Shown here: in pieces, positions 18,841 through 27,142 of the stretch
Numbering within the stretch: the first letter of the stretch is position 1
Layout: every line of letters begins with the position of its first letter
DNA from: Candidatus Eiseniibacteriota bacterium
Lineage (GTDB): Bacteria; Eisenbacteria; RBG-16-71-46; CAIMUX01
NCBI GenBank assembly: GCA_041390305.1
Contig: JAWKQE010000010.1
Location: 939-64,938, forward strand
DNA length: 64,000 bases
Direction of reading: 5' to 3'
Position numbers and translations under genes: made by a program
The notes under the pieces: model-generated
Told to the model about the DNA's origin: nothing
What the model saw: the letters and a program-made list of their open reading frames with translations, nothing else
The model's database searches: none

Positions 18841-20880
18841 ATGTCGATTCGCAGTGCGCTCATTGGTGGACTCGCCGCTGTCGTGCTCCTGAGTTCGGGA
18901 GTCCTCACATTCGTCGGCATCCGGTCGATCCGGGACCGCGTGGTCGAGGAGGCACAGTCGAGGGTGAGCCGAAACCTCGCCCTCTGCTCGCATCTGCTCG
19001 AAGCCGACCTCGAGCTCGCCGCCGAGCGTCTCGAGATCGAAGTGGAGCGATCGGGCCTTCCACGGATGCTCGCCGAAGAGGTGTCGAGTCCCGATGTCGT
19101 GCGCACGCTCGCGGATGCGAAACGCGCCCTCAGCTTTCCCATTCTGGGAATCGTCGACCCGAACGGAAACAGGCTGGACAGGAACCTACCAGAGGCTGGA
19201 GGCGCATCCGCCGAACTCCCACCGCCGGTACCGGGTGGGGAAGTGTTGCGGGCCGCCTACTTGGGTAGCGTGGGAACAGGGACGATCCGACTGAGCGCGG
19301 CGGAGATAAGGGAGGAAGGCGGCGAAGCGCTCCTGGCAGGGCTGCGCATCCGTCGCGACGGACCCGGTTCCGGGGTCGGCGAGCTCGAGAGAAGCAGTCG
19401 AGCCGATGGGGCCGGCGCTCCCGAGAGTTCCGCGCTCTTCCAATGGTGCGCCCTCCCGATCTCCGGCGAAGATGGAACCGTCCGCGCCGTCGTCTACGGA
19501 GGACGACCACTCAACTACGCGGCGGACCTCGTCGATCGATTGGCATCCTCCCTCTTCGGCGGAGAGCGTTACGACGGGAAACCGGTGGGCACCGTCACCT
19601 TCTTCCTGGGCGACTTGCGTGTCGCCACGAACGTCCGGGACGCCGACGGCGAGCGGGCGATCGGAACGAGGGTCTCCCCGGTGGTGCGTACGGCCGTGCT
19701 CGAGGGCGGCGAAACCTGGCACGACCGCGCCTGGGTCGTCGACGCCTGGTACCTCAGCGGGTATGAACCGCTCCGCGACCCCTCCGGAACGATTGTGGGC
19801 ATGCTCTACGTCGGCCTCCTCGAAGCTCCGTACGACGCGATCCAGAAGAGGGCCGTTCTGCGCTTCGTGCTCCCCGCACTCGGTCTCTTCGCGTTCTCCC
19901 TCCTCGGAACGGTCCTGGTCGTCGAGCGGATCACGCGCCCCCTCGAGCGACTCAAGTCGGTCGCGGACCGGGTGGCAGACGGCGATTGGAAGGCGAACGC
20001 GGAGATCGGAAGGTCGTACGCGGAGATAGACAGTCTGTCCGAGGCCCTCTCCAACATGCAGGCGGCGATCGCGCGGCGGGATCGCGAGGTTCGCGAGAAG
20101 AACGCGGAACTCTCCGACACGAACGACCGGCTCGAAGAGGCGAACCAGAACTACATGAACACCCTCGGATTCGTGACGCACGAACTCAAGGCCCCGCTCG
20201 CCAACATCCAGGCCCTCATCGACCTCGTCCTGGACGTCCACGGAGACGGCTTGAAGAATGACGGCCGTGCTCTCCTCGTCCGTGTGCAGAGGAACTGCGA
20301 GGAGCTGCAGGGCATGGTGAAGGACTACCTCGACCTCTCGCGTGCGGAACGCGGGGGCTTCGCTCCGAGCCTCCGACCGTGCGACCTACTGGCGGACGTC
20401 ATCGAACCAGCCATCGCGTTGTCGGAAGGGATCCTTCTGTCCCGGACGATGAGGCTCGCCAGGGAAGTCTCCAGTGGCAAAGACCTCGAGGTCTTCGGCG
20501 ACCCGGAGCTCCTCCGGATCGCCCTCGGAAACCTACTCGGCAATGCGGCGAAGTATGGTCGCGAAGGCGGAAATGTACGTCTCGGTGCATCCGGATCGGA
20601 CACCGGAGTCGACATCGAGGTCTGGAACGAGGGGGACGGATTCACCGAGGAGGAAGGTTCCCTCCTCTTCACGAAGTTCACCCGACTGCGCAACGCCAAC
20701 ACGAAGACGAAGAAGGGCAGCGGACTCGGACTCTACCTGGCGTCCGAGATCGCCCGTGCCCACGGTGGTGAGATCCGAGCAGACTCAGAACCCGGTGCCT
20801 GGGCGCGCTTCGTCCTGCGGATCCCCGCGCGACCAGGCGATGCCCGCCGACCCGCACCGCCTACCGATACGTGCCCTTGA
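18841..20880 (+). CDS. sensor histidine kinase (periplasmic Cache-type domain, HAMP, HisKA, HATPase_c)
   Basis: N-terminal TM helix. Cache-like segment: RVATNVRDADGERAIGTRV...AWVVDAWYLSGYEPLRDPSGTIVGMLYVG. Second TM helix plus HAMP. H-box FVTHELKAPLANI, N-box NLLGNAAKYG, G-box GSGLGLYLA. Confidence 0.85.
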   Translation: MSIRSALIGGLAAVVLLSSGVLTFVGIRSIRDRVVEEAQSRVSRNLALCSHLLEADLELAAERLEIEVERSGLPRMLAEEVSSPDVVRTLADAKRALSFPILGIVDPNGNRLDRNLPEAGGASAELPPPVPGGEVLRAAYLGSVGTGTIRLSAAEIREEGGEALLAGLRIRRDGPGSGVGELERSSRADGAGAPESSALFQWCALPISGEDGTVRAVVYGGRPLNYAADLVDRLASSLFGGERYDGKPVGTVTFFLGDLRVATNVRDADGERAIGTRVSPVVRTAVLEGGETWHDRAWVVDAWYLSGYEPLRDPSGTIVGMLYVGLLEAPYDAIQKRAVLRFVLPALGLFAFSLLGTVLVVERITRPLERLKSVADRVADGDWKANAEIGRSYAEIDSLSEALSNMQAAIARRDREVREKNAELSDTNDRLEEANQNYMNTLGFVTHELKAPLANIQALIDLVLDVHGDGLKNDGRALLVRVQRNCEELQGMVKDYLDLSRAERGGFAPSLRPCDLLADVIEPAIALSEGILLSRTMRLAREVSSGKDLEVFGDPELLRIALGNLLGNAAKYGREGGNVRLGASGSDTGVDIEVWNEGDGFTEEEGSLLFTKFTRLRNANTKTKKGSGLGLYLASEIARAHGGEIRADSEPGAWARFVLRIPARPGDARRPAPPTDTCP

Positions 20881-21796
20881 TCCGTCCCCACGTCGACTCG
20901 AGTACCGGCACCGGCGGGCATGGATCGGGATCACACGTCGTGCCCTCACCCATCCAGTCTCCGCCCTGGTTCATGCACTCTGCCTCTGTTCCCAAGTCGC
21001 AGCTACCGTCGGAGAGGCAGCACGCGCCGAACGGCGGGCAGTCACAGGGGTTCGGATCGCAGACCGTGCCCTGCCCCATGAAGAGTCCACCGACCTGCAA
21101 GCACTCCTCGTCCAGCATGACGACGCACGGACCACAGTCCGGAAGACAGCACGCACCAGGAACGGGGCCACTCGGGCAAGGGAGGTACCCGGGGTTGTTG
21201 CCGAAACCGAGTTTGCCGTAGTCCACGATCGGATCGAGGTTCGAGGGAACATCGTCGTCCGCGAAGAAGCCACCCTGGGACGGATGCGGGACGAGGTCGA
21301 AGGAGACGTCTTCGCCGTAGAAGGAGTAGTTGTAGCCGACGAACGCGTACACGTGGGTCAGCGGCGAGGTCTGGGTCACGGACCACGTCACCGCAGTCCC
21401 TGCGCCCGGCTGGGGCCATGCCCCGGTCGGAAGCTCGAAGTCGCCGCATGCGCTGAAGTCGAGGAGGACGACGGACTCGTCGTCGTAATCGACCCCGAAG
21501 GTCACACCGGACAATCGGGGCGAATCCGTGGGCGCAAACGCTGCGTACACGCTCCAAAGGAAGATCGCGTCGGCGTCGAGATTCGAGATGGCTTCTTCGC
21601 AAGTCGCAGGTCCGTAGGCATCGGTCTGCTCGCAAGGCGTTCCGAAGTCGCAGTACGCGAGACCGGGGACCGCATGGATGATGAGCGTGCCGTTCGCATT
21701 GGGCCCCGCAAGGCTCGGCCCCACGGCGGCAAAAGCAAGCGCGGCGCTGAAGGCAGCGGCCGAAACGACACTGGGGAGCTGGCGAGAGCGGATCAT
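20861..21796 (-). CDS. exported Cys-rich protein of unknown function (paralog B)
   Basis: From MIRSRQLPSVVSAAAFSAALAFAAVGPSLA, with the same conserved blocks as 15414..16286. It adds two CC(L).DG.C...EC...GG...G.GT.C.P.PC modules and ends with STWGRIKGTYR. Its 3' end overlaps the kinase 3' end by 20 nt (convergent). Confidence 0.65.
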   Translation of the reverse strand: MIRSRQLPSVVSAAAFSAALAFAAVGPSLAGPNANGTLIIHAVPGLAYCDFGTPCEQTDAYGPATCEEAISNLDADAIFLWSVYAAFAPTDSPRLSGVTFGVDYDDESVVLLDFSACGDFELPTGAWPQPGAGTAVTWSVTQTSPLTHVYAFVGYNYSFYGEDVSFDLVPHPSQGGFFADDDVPSNLDPIVDYGKLGFGNNPGYLPCPSGPVPGACCLPDCGPCVVMLDEECLQVGGLFMGQGTVCDPNPCDCPPFGACCLSDGSCDLGTEAECMNQGGDWMGEGTTCDPDPCPPVPVLESTWGRIKGTYR

Positions 21797-21945
21797 GCTG
21801 CACTCCGATCGCATTCAGGTTGCGTGCACACCGAGGCAGGAGGGGCTGCCGGGCGGAAAGAGTATAACACGTACCCGGGCGCGTCCCCGGGCGGGTCGGG
21901 CCAGACTGTCGTCGACCGCGGGGCGGTCAGCGACCCCTCCTCCCA

Positions 21946-22545
21946 CTACGGACAGGTCGCGCCGTCGGTGAAAGTCGGCGCGAAGATGATCAGGTCCCCG
22001 AGGTTGGTCGCCCCGTTGTTGTCGTAGTCATGGCAAACGGCGGGGGCGTCTCCCAGGAACTCCGCCGAAAACTGGACCAGATCGGCGAGGTTCACCACGA
22101 GGTCGGAGCCGGCTCCATCGAAGTCCGGGCTCTTCACGTTCTCGTAGTTTCGGATGGCAACCCCGTTTGCCTTGATGACTCCGGCGAGCGCGACACCCGC
22201 GCGACACCCCCCGCCCGCGAGCGTGAGGTAGGCGATCCCTTGCGCGTCCGTCGTCGCGGTGAAGACGCCGTTCGGACAGAGCTGGATCGGCCCCACCCAG
22301 AGCTCCACGACGACGCTGGCGTTCGGAATGGGATCGTTGGCGTTGTTCACGACGAGTACCTGGATTTCCGAGGCGGGAGCCGGATTGGGGCTGTTCGGCG
22401 CAAGCACCATCCCGTTCAGTTCGTCGCACGGGCTCACCCGGTTGTTGGGCGGATCCGGAACCCCGTCCGCGAGAGCGCGGGGGGTGACGATGATGGAGAG
22501 AAGACAGAGGAGCGCGAGAAGGCGGTTCGGGCCAGGCATCGGCAT
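21946..22545 (-). CDS. exported hypothetical protein with dockerin-like Ca-binding repeat pair
   Basis: The signal peptide is MPMPGPNRLLALLCLLSIIVTPRALA. The C-terminal half contains DFDGAGSDLVVNLADLVQF and DYDNNGATNLGDLIIF, the pattern of a dockerin type I repeat. Confidence 0.5.
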   Translation of the reverse strand: MPMPGPNRLLALLCLLSIIVTPRALADGVPDPPNNRVSPCDELNGMVLAPNSPNPAPASEIQVLVVNNANDPIPNASVVVELWVGPIQLCPNGVFTATTDAQGIAYLTLAGGGCRAGVALAGVIKANGVAIRNYENVKSPDFDGAGSDLVVNLADLVQFSAEFLGDAPAVCHDYDNNGATNLGDLIIFAPTFTDGATCP

Positions 22546-22723
22546 GGTTCCCTCCTGAGGTCCGTCGACTTCGTTTCGCGGCGCACGGATCGAGACGAGA
22601 TACGTGTGCCAGGTCGAGGGGGGGAGGAGACGGCAGCATCAATTCGCCTACCGCAATCTAGTCGAGTTGGCGGCGTCAGCGCAAGTGGGACGGCGAACGT
22701 GAGGATGGAGAATGTCGGCCCTT

Positions 22724-22860
22724 GCGGACTCGCGCCTGTCCTCGCGACTGAGGTCTGGCCTTCGCGGACTGACGCCCGGTTCCGCGACTGATGCCTGGCC
22801 TGGCGACCGACGCCCGATCTGGCGACTGACGCCCGGTTCTGCAACGGACGCCCGGCCCCA
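22724..22860. repeat. degenerate 19-20-bp tandem array, 7 units, consensus GCGACTGACGCCCGGTTCY (non-CRISPR)
   Basis: Units begin at 22724, 22744, 22764, 22784, 22803, 22822 and 22841: gcggactcgcgcctgtcctc / gcgactgaggtctggccttc / gcggactgacgcccggttcc / gcgactgatgcctggcctg / gcgaccgacgcccgatctg / gcgactgacgcccggttct / gcaacggacgcccggcccca. They are contiguous with no spacers. Confidence 0.8.
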
Positions 22861-22939
22861 GACGCCGAGAGGCGCGTCCCCTCACTGGTGACACGCCTCT
22901 CGTTCGGCCGGGGCCCCGGCCGTATTCATCTACGTCCGG

Positions 22940-24292
22940 CTACTGCTTCGTCCGCACCGTGAACCGGAGCACGCTCTCACTGTCCTTCGCCACCGGAATC
23001 CGGAACTCCGCCGTGCGGGCGTCCTTCTTCGTGGACGGATGGGTCGTCTGCGTGATCTCCCAGTCGCCCCAGAGATTCTCCTGGACTACGACTTCGATCG
23101 CTTCGTCCTTTCGGTTCCGGAGCTTGATCTCGATCTCCCGTTCCCAGACACGGTCGCTGATCTTCTTCTGGGAGAGGTCCGCGCGCTCGCCGACGACGTC
23201 GAACGCCTTCCCGACCCGGAGGCGGATCTTCTCGTTGCGCGGCGTGTGATCGATCCGGTCCTCGCCGATGAACTGGAGCTGGCCACGCGCGTCCTTCTTG
23301 TACGCACGCACCTTGCCGGCGGGCAGCGGCATACCGAGGCCGCGGTCCTCGCGGTTCTCCGTCTCGAGCACGACACTCACCTTGGTCGCGTCCTGCTGCC
23401 CGTTGTACTCGTAGATCTTCTTGACCGGAGCGGTCGTCGACGGGAAGAGCGCGATCTGCTTCGTCTCGCGGTCTGCGATCGTGGTCCGTCGCTCCACGGT
23501 GTAGAGGTGGTACTCGAAGAACGACTCCTCCGTCACCATGTCCTTGGGCGCCGCCATCGCCATCTCCGCGCGCATCATCATGTCGCGGCTGGGCCGCGGC
23601 ACGGGCGCGCGCTGCACATCGCCCGCGATGAGTTGGAGCTTCGCGTTCGGGAACGTGGCGCCACAGTTGTTCTCTAGGGAAACCCAGGCGGAGAGTTCGA
23701 TCTGCGTATCTTCCTGATTGGAGACGGCGACGTACTCCGCGTGCCAACGCATCCCGTCGGTGAGGTAGGAGAGTTCGACCGGGGCCTTCCCCGCCTTGTT
23801 CGCATCGAGCCTCCAGACGAGGGTCGGCCGCGTCCTTAGTCCCTCCGGGAGCTCGGGAAGCCGGAGATCGACGATCTCGCCTCTCTGCACGAGGCTCACC
23901 GCGCCGCTCCCATCCATGAGGACGATCGCGCCACCTTGGTAGGAAAGCAGCTTCCCGGTCTTCACTTCGCCCTCTTTCAGGACGATCTCGATCTGCGCGT
24001 CGAGGAAGCGATCCAGGATCCGGTCCGGGCCGGCCAGGTCGTACTGAAAGTTCTGCTCCAGGACCTGAAGCCCACCCGAGCGCGGATTGAGATGGACGGA
24101 GGTCGGATCGATCAGAGCCGGCACGTCGACGATCTCGACGTTCCCTTCGCCCTTCGCGACGTCGAGGTCGCGCTGCTCGCTGACCAGTCCCAGATTGTCG
24201 TTGTAGACCGTGAGGCGGATCTCGCGCTCCGCGTGTGCTGCGTTCGCCATGATCAAACCTACCCCTGCGGTGAGAAGAACGAGTGGACGCAT
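22940..24292 (-). CDS. DUF4139 domain-containing exported protein
   Basis: 450 aa with signal peptide MRPLVLLTAGVGLIMANAAHA. It has the DUF4139-like pattern (VYNDNLGLV..., QNFQYDL, SYLTDGMRWHAEY, FFEYHLYTV, ENLWGDWEI) as I remember this family. Confidence 0.7.
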   Translation of the reverse strand: MRPLVLLTAGVGLIMANAAHAEREIRLTVYNDNLGLVSEQRDLDVAKGEGNVEIVDVPALIDPTSVHLNPRSGGLQVLEQNFQYDLAGPDRILDRFLDAQIEIVLKEGEVKTGKLLSYQGGAIVLMDGSGAVSLVQRGEIVDLRLPELPEGLRTRPTLVWRLDANKAGKAPVELSYLTDGMRWHAEYVAVSNQEDTQIELSAWVSLENNCGATFPNAKLQLIAGDVQRAPVPRPSRDMMMRAEMAMAAPKDMVTEESFFEYHLYTVERRTTIADRETKQIALFPSTTAPVKKIYEYNGQQDATKVSVVLETENREDRGLGMPLPAGKVRAYKKDARGQLQFIGEDRIDHTPRNEKIRLRVGKAFDVVGERADLSQKKISDRVWEREIEIKLRNRKDEAIEVVVQENLWGDWEITQTTHPSTKKDARTAEFRIPVAKDSESVLRFTVRTKQ

Positions 24293-24481
24293 GATGGAAG
24301 CTCCCTTCCTTCCTTTGGGCCAAGGCTCCGGTGGTGACGGATCCGTCCCCGGGAGACGGAGGAATCTCGCTCCGCGCTTACCCCGGCCTCACGGAACGGT
24401 ACCGCAACGGGCCGGAGGATCCCACCCAGTGTCGGACGAGCCCTCCCCGCCTGATCCGGGGAACGGCACGACCCGGAAAGG

Positions 24482-25987
24482 TCACGGAACCCAGGTGAGA
24501 CGGAAGTCGACGCGGCTCTTCTCCCGGTCCGGCGCCCTCTCCGTGCTGCCCTCGGCCGCGCGCCAACCGCGCAGCACCGAGAGCTCCACGACGAGGCGGC
24601 GGTGCGCCCGTGCACGGCCCGAGAGTTCGGCAACGTGGAAGGTCCGCGTCGTCTCCCGGAAGAATCCGTATTCCTCGATCCGAAACTGGATGCGGCCGCG
24701 CAGATCGCCGGGTGGGGACCACGCACTCACTTCGAGAAGCTCGGCGTCGCCTCCGATCGAGTGCCCGAGTGGAAAGCCGGAGTAGGTGTGGTCCATCGGG
24801 CCGTAGACGAGGTAGTGGTCGTACCAGCGGTTCACCCCTCCCGTCACCGTCTCGACCAGGTCGACGCCGAACGTCCAGCCGCGGATCCGCGCCAGCGCAC
24901 CGATCTGATGGGCGACGGCCGAAGGGATCGGGAAGTGGATCATGTCCTCCCCCGCGTACTCCCAGTAGAGGTCCACTCCCTCGAGCCCCTCGGGGAGCCA
25001 CGCCGGCGGCATCCGCAGTCGGAGTTCGTAGCTCGCCATCTGATCGCTGTCACCGGGAGGGCGGTCGCCGACCCGGTTCTCGTTGTGGCCGAGGAGAATG
25101 TCGAGGACGGCGGGTAGATCTAGCCGCCCGGTGCGCCCCTCCCCCCCGAAGAGGATCGTCCGGGTGACATTGAGCTCGCACCAGGCCCAGGGCTGGAACC
25201 CGAGGCGATGTCCGAAGAGAAGCGGGTCGGGAATCTGGCGATGATCGTCGTCGAGATACGCGAGAAACGTCGATCCGGTCCAGGTGCGCCCACGGAGCGG
25301 CCCCCAGCCGAACGTAGGCACCTGGAGCGCCCGCTCCGTCCGCCAGCGCAGCTGCCACCTGGGAGGCGCTGAGCGCCCCGCGAGGAGGCTCCCCGACGTC
25401 CCCGCGCCCCAGCGCAGCTTGGATCGCCCCACACCCCACCGGTGGCGATCTCCCCGCCAGGAGAACTCCGCCTCGGTCACCTCGGCCTGGTCCACGGTGG
25501 AGGCAGTGTTCGTTGCCTGGACTCCTCCCGCGAACCCGAACCCGCGTGGGAGGGGCAGTGCCGTTCGCGCCTCGAGTGCGGCGACACCCGGTCCTTCCGA
25601 GGCGAGACCGTCCTCCTCGGGAAGGAAGTGGACCGGATAGTCGACCGTCCTGTCCCCCCACGGATCGACCGCGACCACGGCGAGCTGGACCTGGGAGGCC
25701 TCGGGCGACTCCCACTCCCGCTCGACCGGCCGCTCCCGCAGGTCCGAACGGAAGCGTTGGTCGACGAAGTCCCAGCGGAGGAAAGGTTCTTCGAGCGCCG
25801 ACGCGGGGACGGGAAGGGACAGCACGACGAGAAGGACCGTGAGGAACAAAGCAAGCCGTGCGCCCGCGCGGCGGCCGTCGTGTCCGGGATGGACGACGCT
25901 GGGAGGGACGACGCTGGGGACGACACGGCGGGCAGCCACGACGTCAGGAGCAGCGCCGCGACGAGCATCGACGCCCGAAACGACCAC
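24482..25987 (-). CDS. Wzi-like capsule-assembly outer-membrane beta-barrel family protein (start uncertain)
   Basis: The hydrophobic leader is RLALFLTVLLVVLSLPVPASA. The C-terminal half contains NRWYDHYLVYGPMDHTYSGFPLGHSIGGDAE, resembling the Wzi signature (WY.H..Y..GYTY.G..lGH..GgD). The ORF begins with GTG at 25987. Confidence 0.55.
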   Translation of the reverse strand: MVVSGVDARRGAAPDVVAARRVVPSVVPPSVVHPGHDGRRAGARLALFLTVLLVVLSLPVPASALEEPFLRWDFVDQRFRSDLRERPVEREWESPEASQVQLAVVAVDPWGDRTVDYPVHFLPEEDGLASEGPGVAALEARTALPLPRGFGFAGGVQATNTASTVDQAEVTEAEFSWRGDRHRWGVGRSKLRWGAGTSGSLLAGRSAPPRWQLRWRTERALQVPTFGWGPLRGRTWTGSTFLAYLDDDHRQIPDPLLFGHRLGFQPWAWCELNVTRTILFGGEGRTGRLDLPAVLDILLGHNENRVGDRPPGDSDQMASYELRLRMPPAWLPEGLEGVDLYWEYAGEDMIHFPIPSAVAHQIGALARIRGWTFGVDLVETVTGGVNRWYDHYLVYGPMDHTYSGFPLGHSIGGDAELLEVSAWSPPGDLRGRIQFRIEEYGFFRETTRTFHVAELSGRARAHRRLVVELSVLRGWRAAEGSTERAPDREKSRVDFRLTWVP

Positions 25988-26082
25988 GGGCGCCCCGACG
26001 GCTTGTCGAGGCGCCCATGCAAGGGAGTTTCGCGAACGGGTGCGCGCGCGTGCCCGTGAGCAGGCCCGCGGGGCCCGATCGG

Positions 26083-27108
26083 TCAGATCCAGGACTTCAC
26101 GTCCTCGATCTTCACCGGCTCGCCCGCGCTGTGGAGTGACCGCTCGGCCGCCTCCAGCACCTGGACGACGCGGAGACCGTCCTCGCCGTCGGCCTTGGGG
26201 CTCCGGCGCTGGATCACACCGGTGACGAAGTCGTTGACCTCGGCCTGGAGCGGCTCGAACGACTCGATCTTGGGCGAGACGATGTCACCGGTCCGGTAGG
26301 AGAGCTGGTACTCGCCGAACGAATCCGGGTCCTTGAAGCGCACACCCTTGTCGAACAGCTTCACGGGCTCGAGGTGCTCGGTGTCGTCGTAGACGAGCAT
26401 CTTCGCGGCGCCGACGATCGTGGTCCGGCGCAGCTTGGACGGCGCGAGCCAGGAGACCTCGACGTGAGCGATCGCTCCGCTCGCGAAGCGGAGGCTGAGG
26501 AACGCGACGTCCGGAATGCCCTTCTGGACGAAGTCCTTCCCGGTCGCGGCCACCTCGAACGGAGCCTCGCCGAGCCAGTACATGATCATCGAGAGATCGT
26601 GCGGGGCGAGGTCCCAGATGACGCTGTGGTCCTTGGAGTGGAGCCCGAGGTTCACGCGCGTCGAGCTGATGTAGAAGATCTCGCCGAGTTCACCCCGCTC
26701 CATGATGTCCCTGATCTTGAGGACGGGCGGGCTGTACTCGAAGGTGTGGCCGACTCCGATCACGAGCTTCTGCGCGTCGGCCATCGAGATGAGGTCGACC
26801 GCCTGGTCCGAGGAGCTCGTGAACGGCTTCTCGACGAACACGTGCTTTCCGTTCGCGAGGGCCTTCCTGGCCAGTTCGTAGTGCGTGTTGATCGGGGTCG
26901 CGATCATCACGCCCTCGAGGGCAGGGTCCGCCAGCATCTCCTCGTAGCGCGAGAAGGGCACGGCCGTGGGGTAGCGGTTGACGGTCCGCTCGAGGGCGAG
27001 CGGGTTCTGGTCACAGACGAGCACGCGAGTGCAGTGCCGGTTCTCGATGAGGTTGCGGACCAGGTTCGGTCCCCAGTATCCGAGGCCGACGACTCCGATC
27101 GTGGTCAT
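26083..27108 (-). CDS. Gfo/Idh/MocA family NAD(P)-dependent sugar oxidoreductase
   Basis: MTTIGVVGLGYWGPNLVRNL (Rossmann fold), HVFVEKPF (EKP motif), and a C-terminal alpha/beta domain. It is adjacent to a sugar-phosphate transferase gene. Confidence 0.85.
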   Translation of the reverse strand: MTTIGVVGLGYWGPNLVRNLIENRHCTRVLVCDQNPLALERTVNRYPTAVPFSRYEEMLADPALEGVMIATPINTHYELARKALANGKHVFVEKPFTSSSDQAVDLISMADAQKLVIGVGHTFEYSPPVLKIRDIMERGELGEIFYISSTRVNLGLHSKDHSVIWDLAPHDLSMIMYWLGEAPFEVAATGKDFVQKGIPDVAFLSLRFASGAIAHVEVSWLAPSKLRRTTIVGAAKMLVYDDTEHLEPVKLFDKGVRFKDPDSFGEYQLSYRTGDIVSPKIESFEPLQAEVNDFVTGVIQRRSPKADGEDGLRVVQVLEAAERSLHSAGEPVKIEDVKSWI

Positions 27109-27142
27109 ATAGGCTGATGCTCCCTTGGTCTGGAACGGGCTG

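Noticed and set aside
22724-22860. Possible CRISPR array
   Set aside because: The repeats are directly adjacent with no unique spacers, the units are only 19-20 bp and degenerate, and there are no cas genes.
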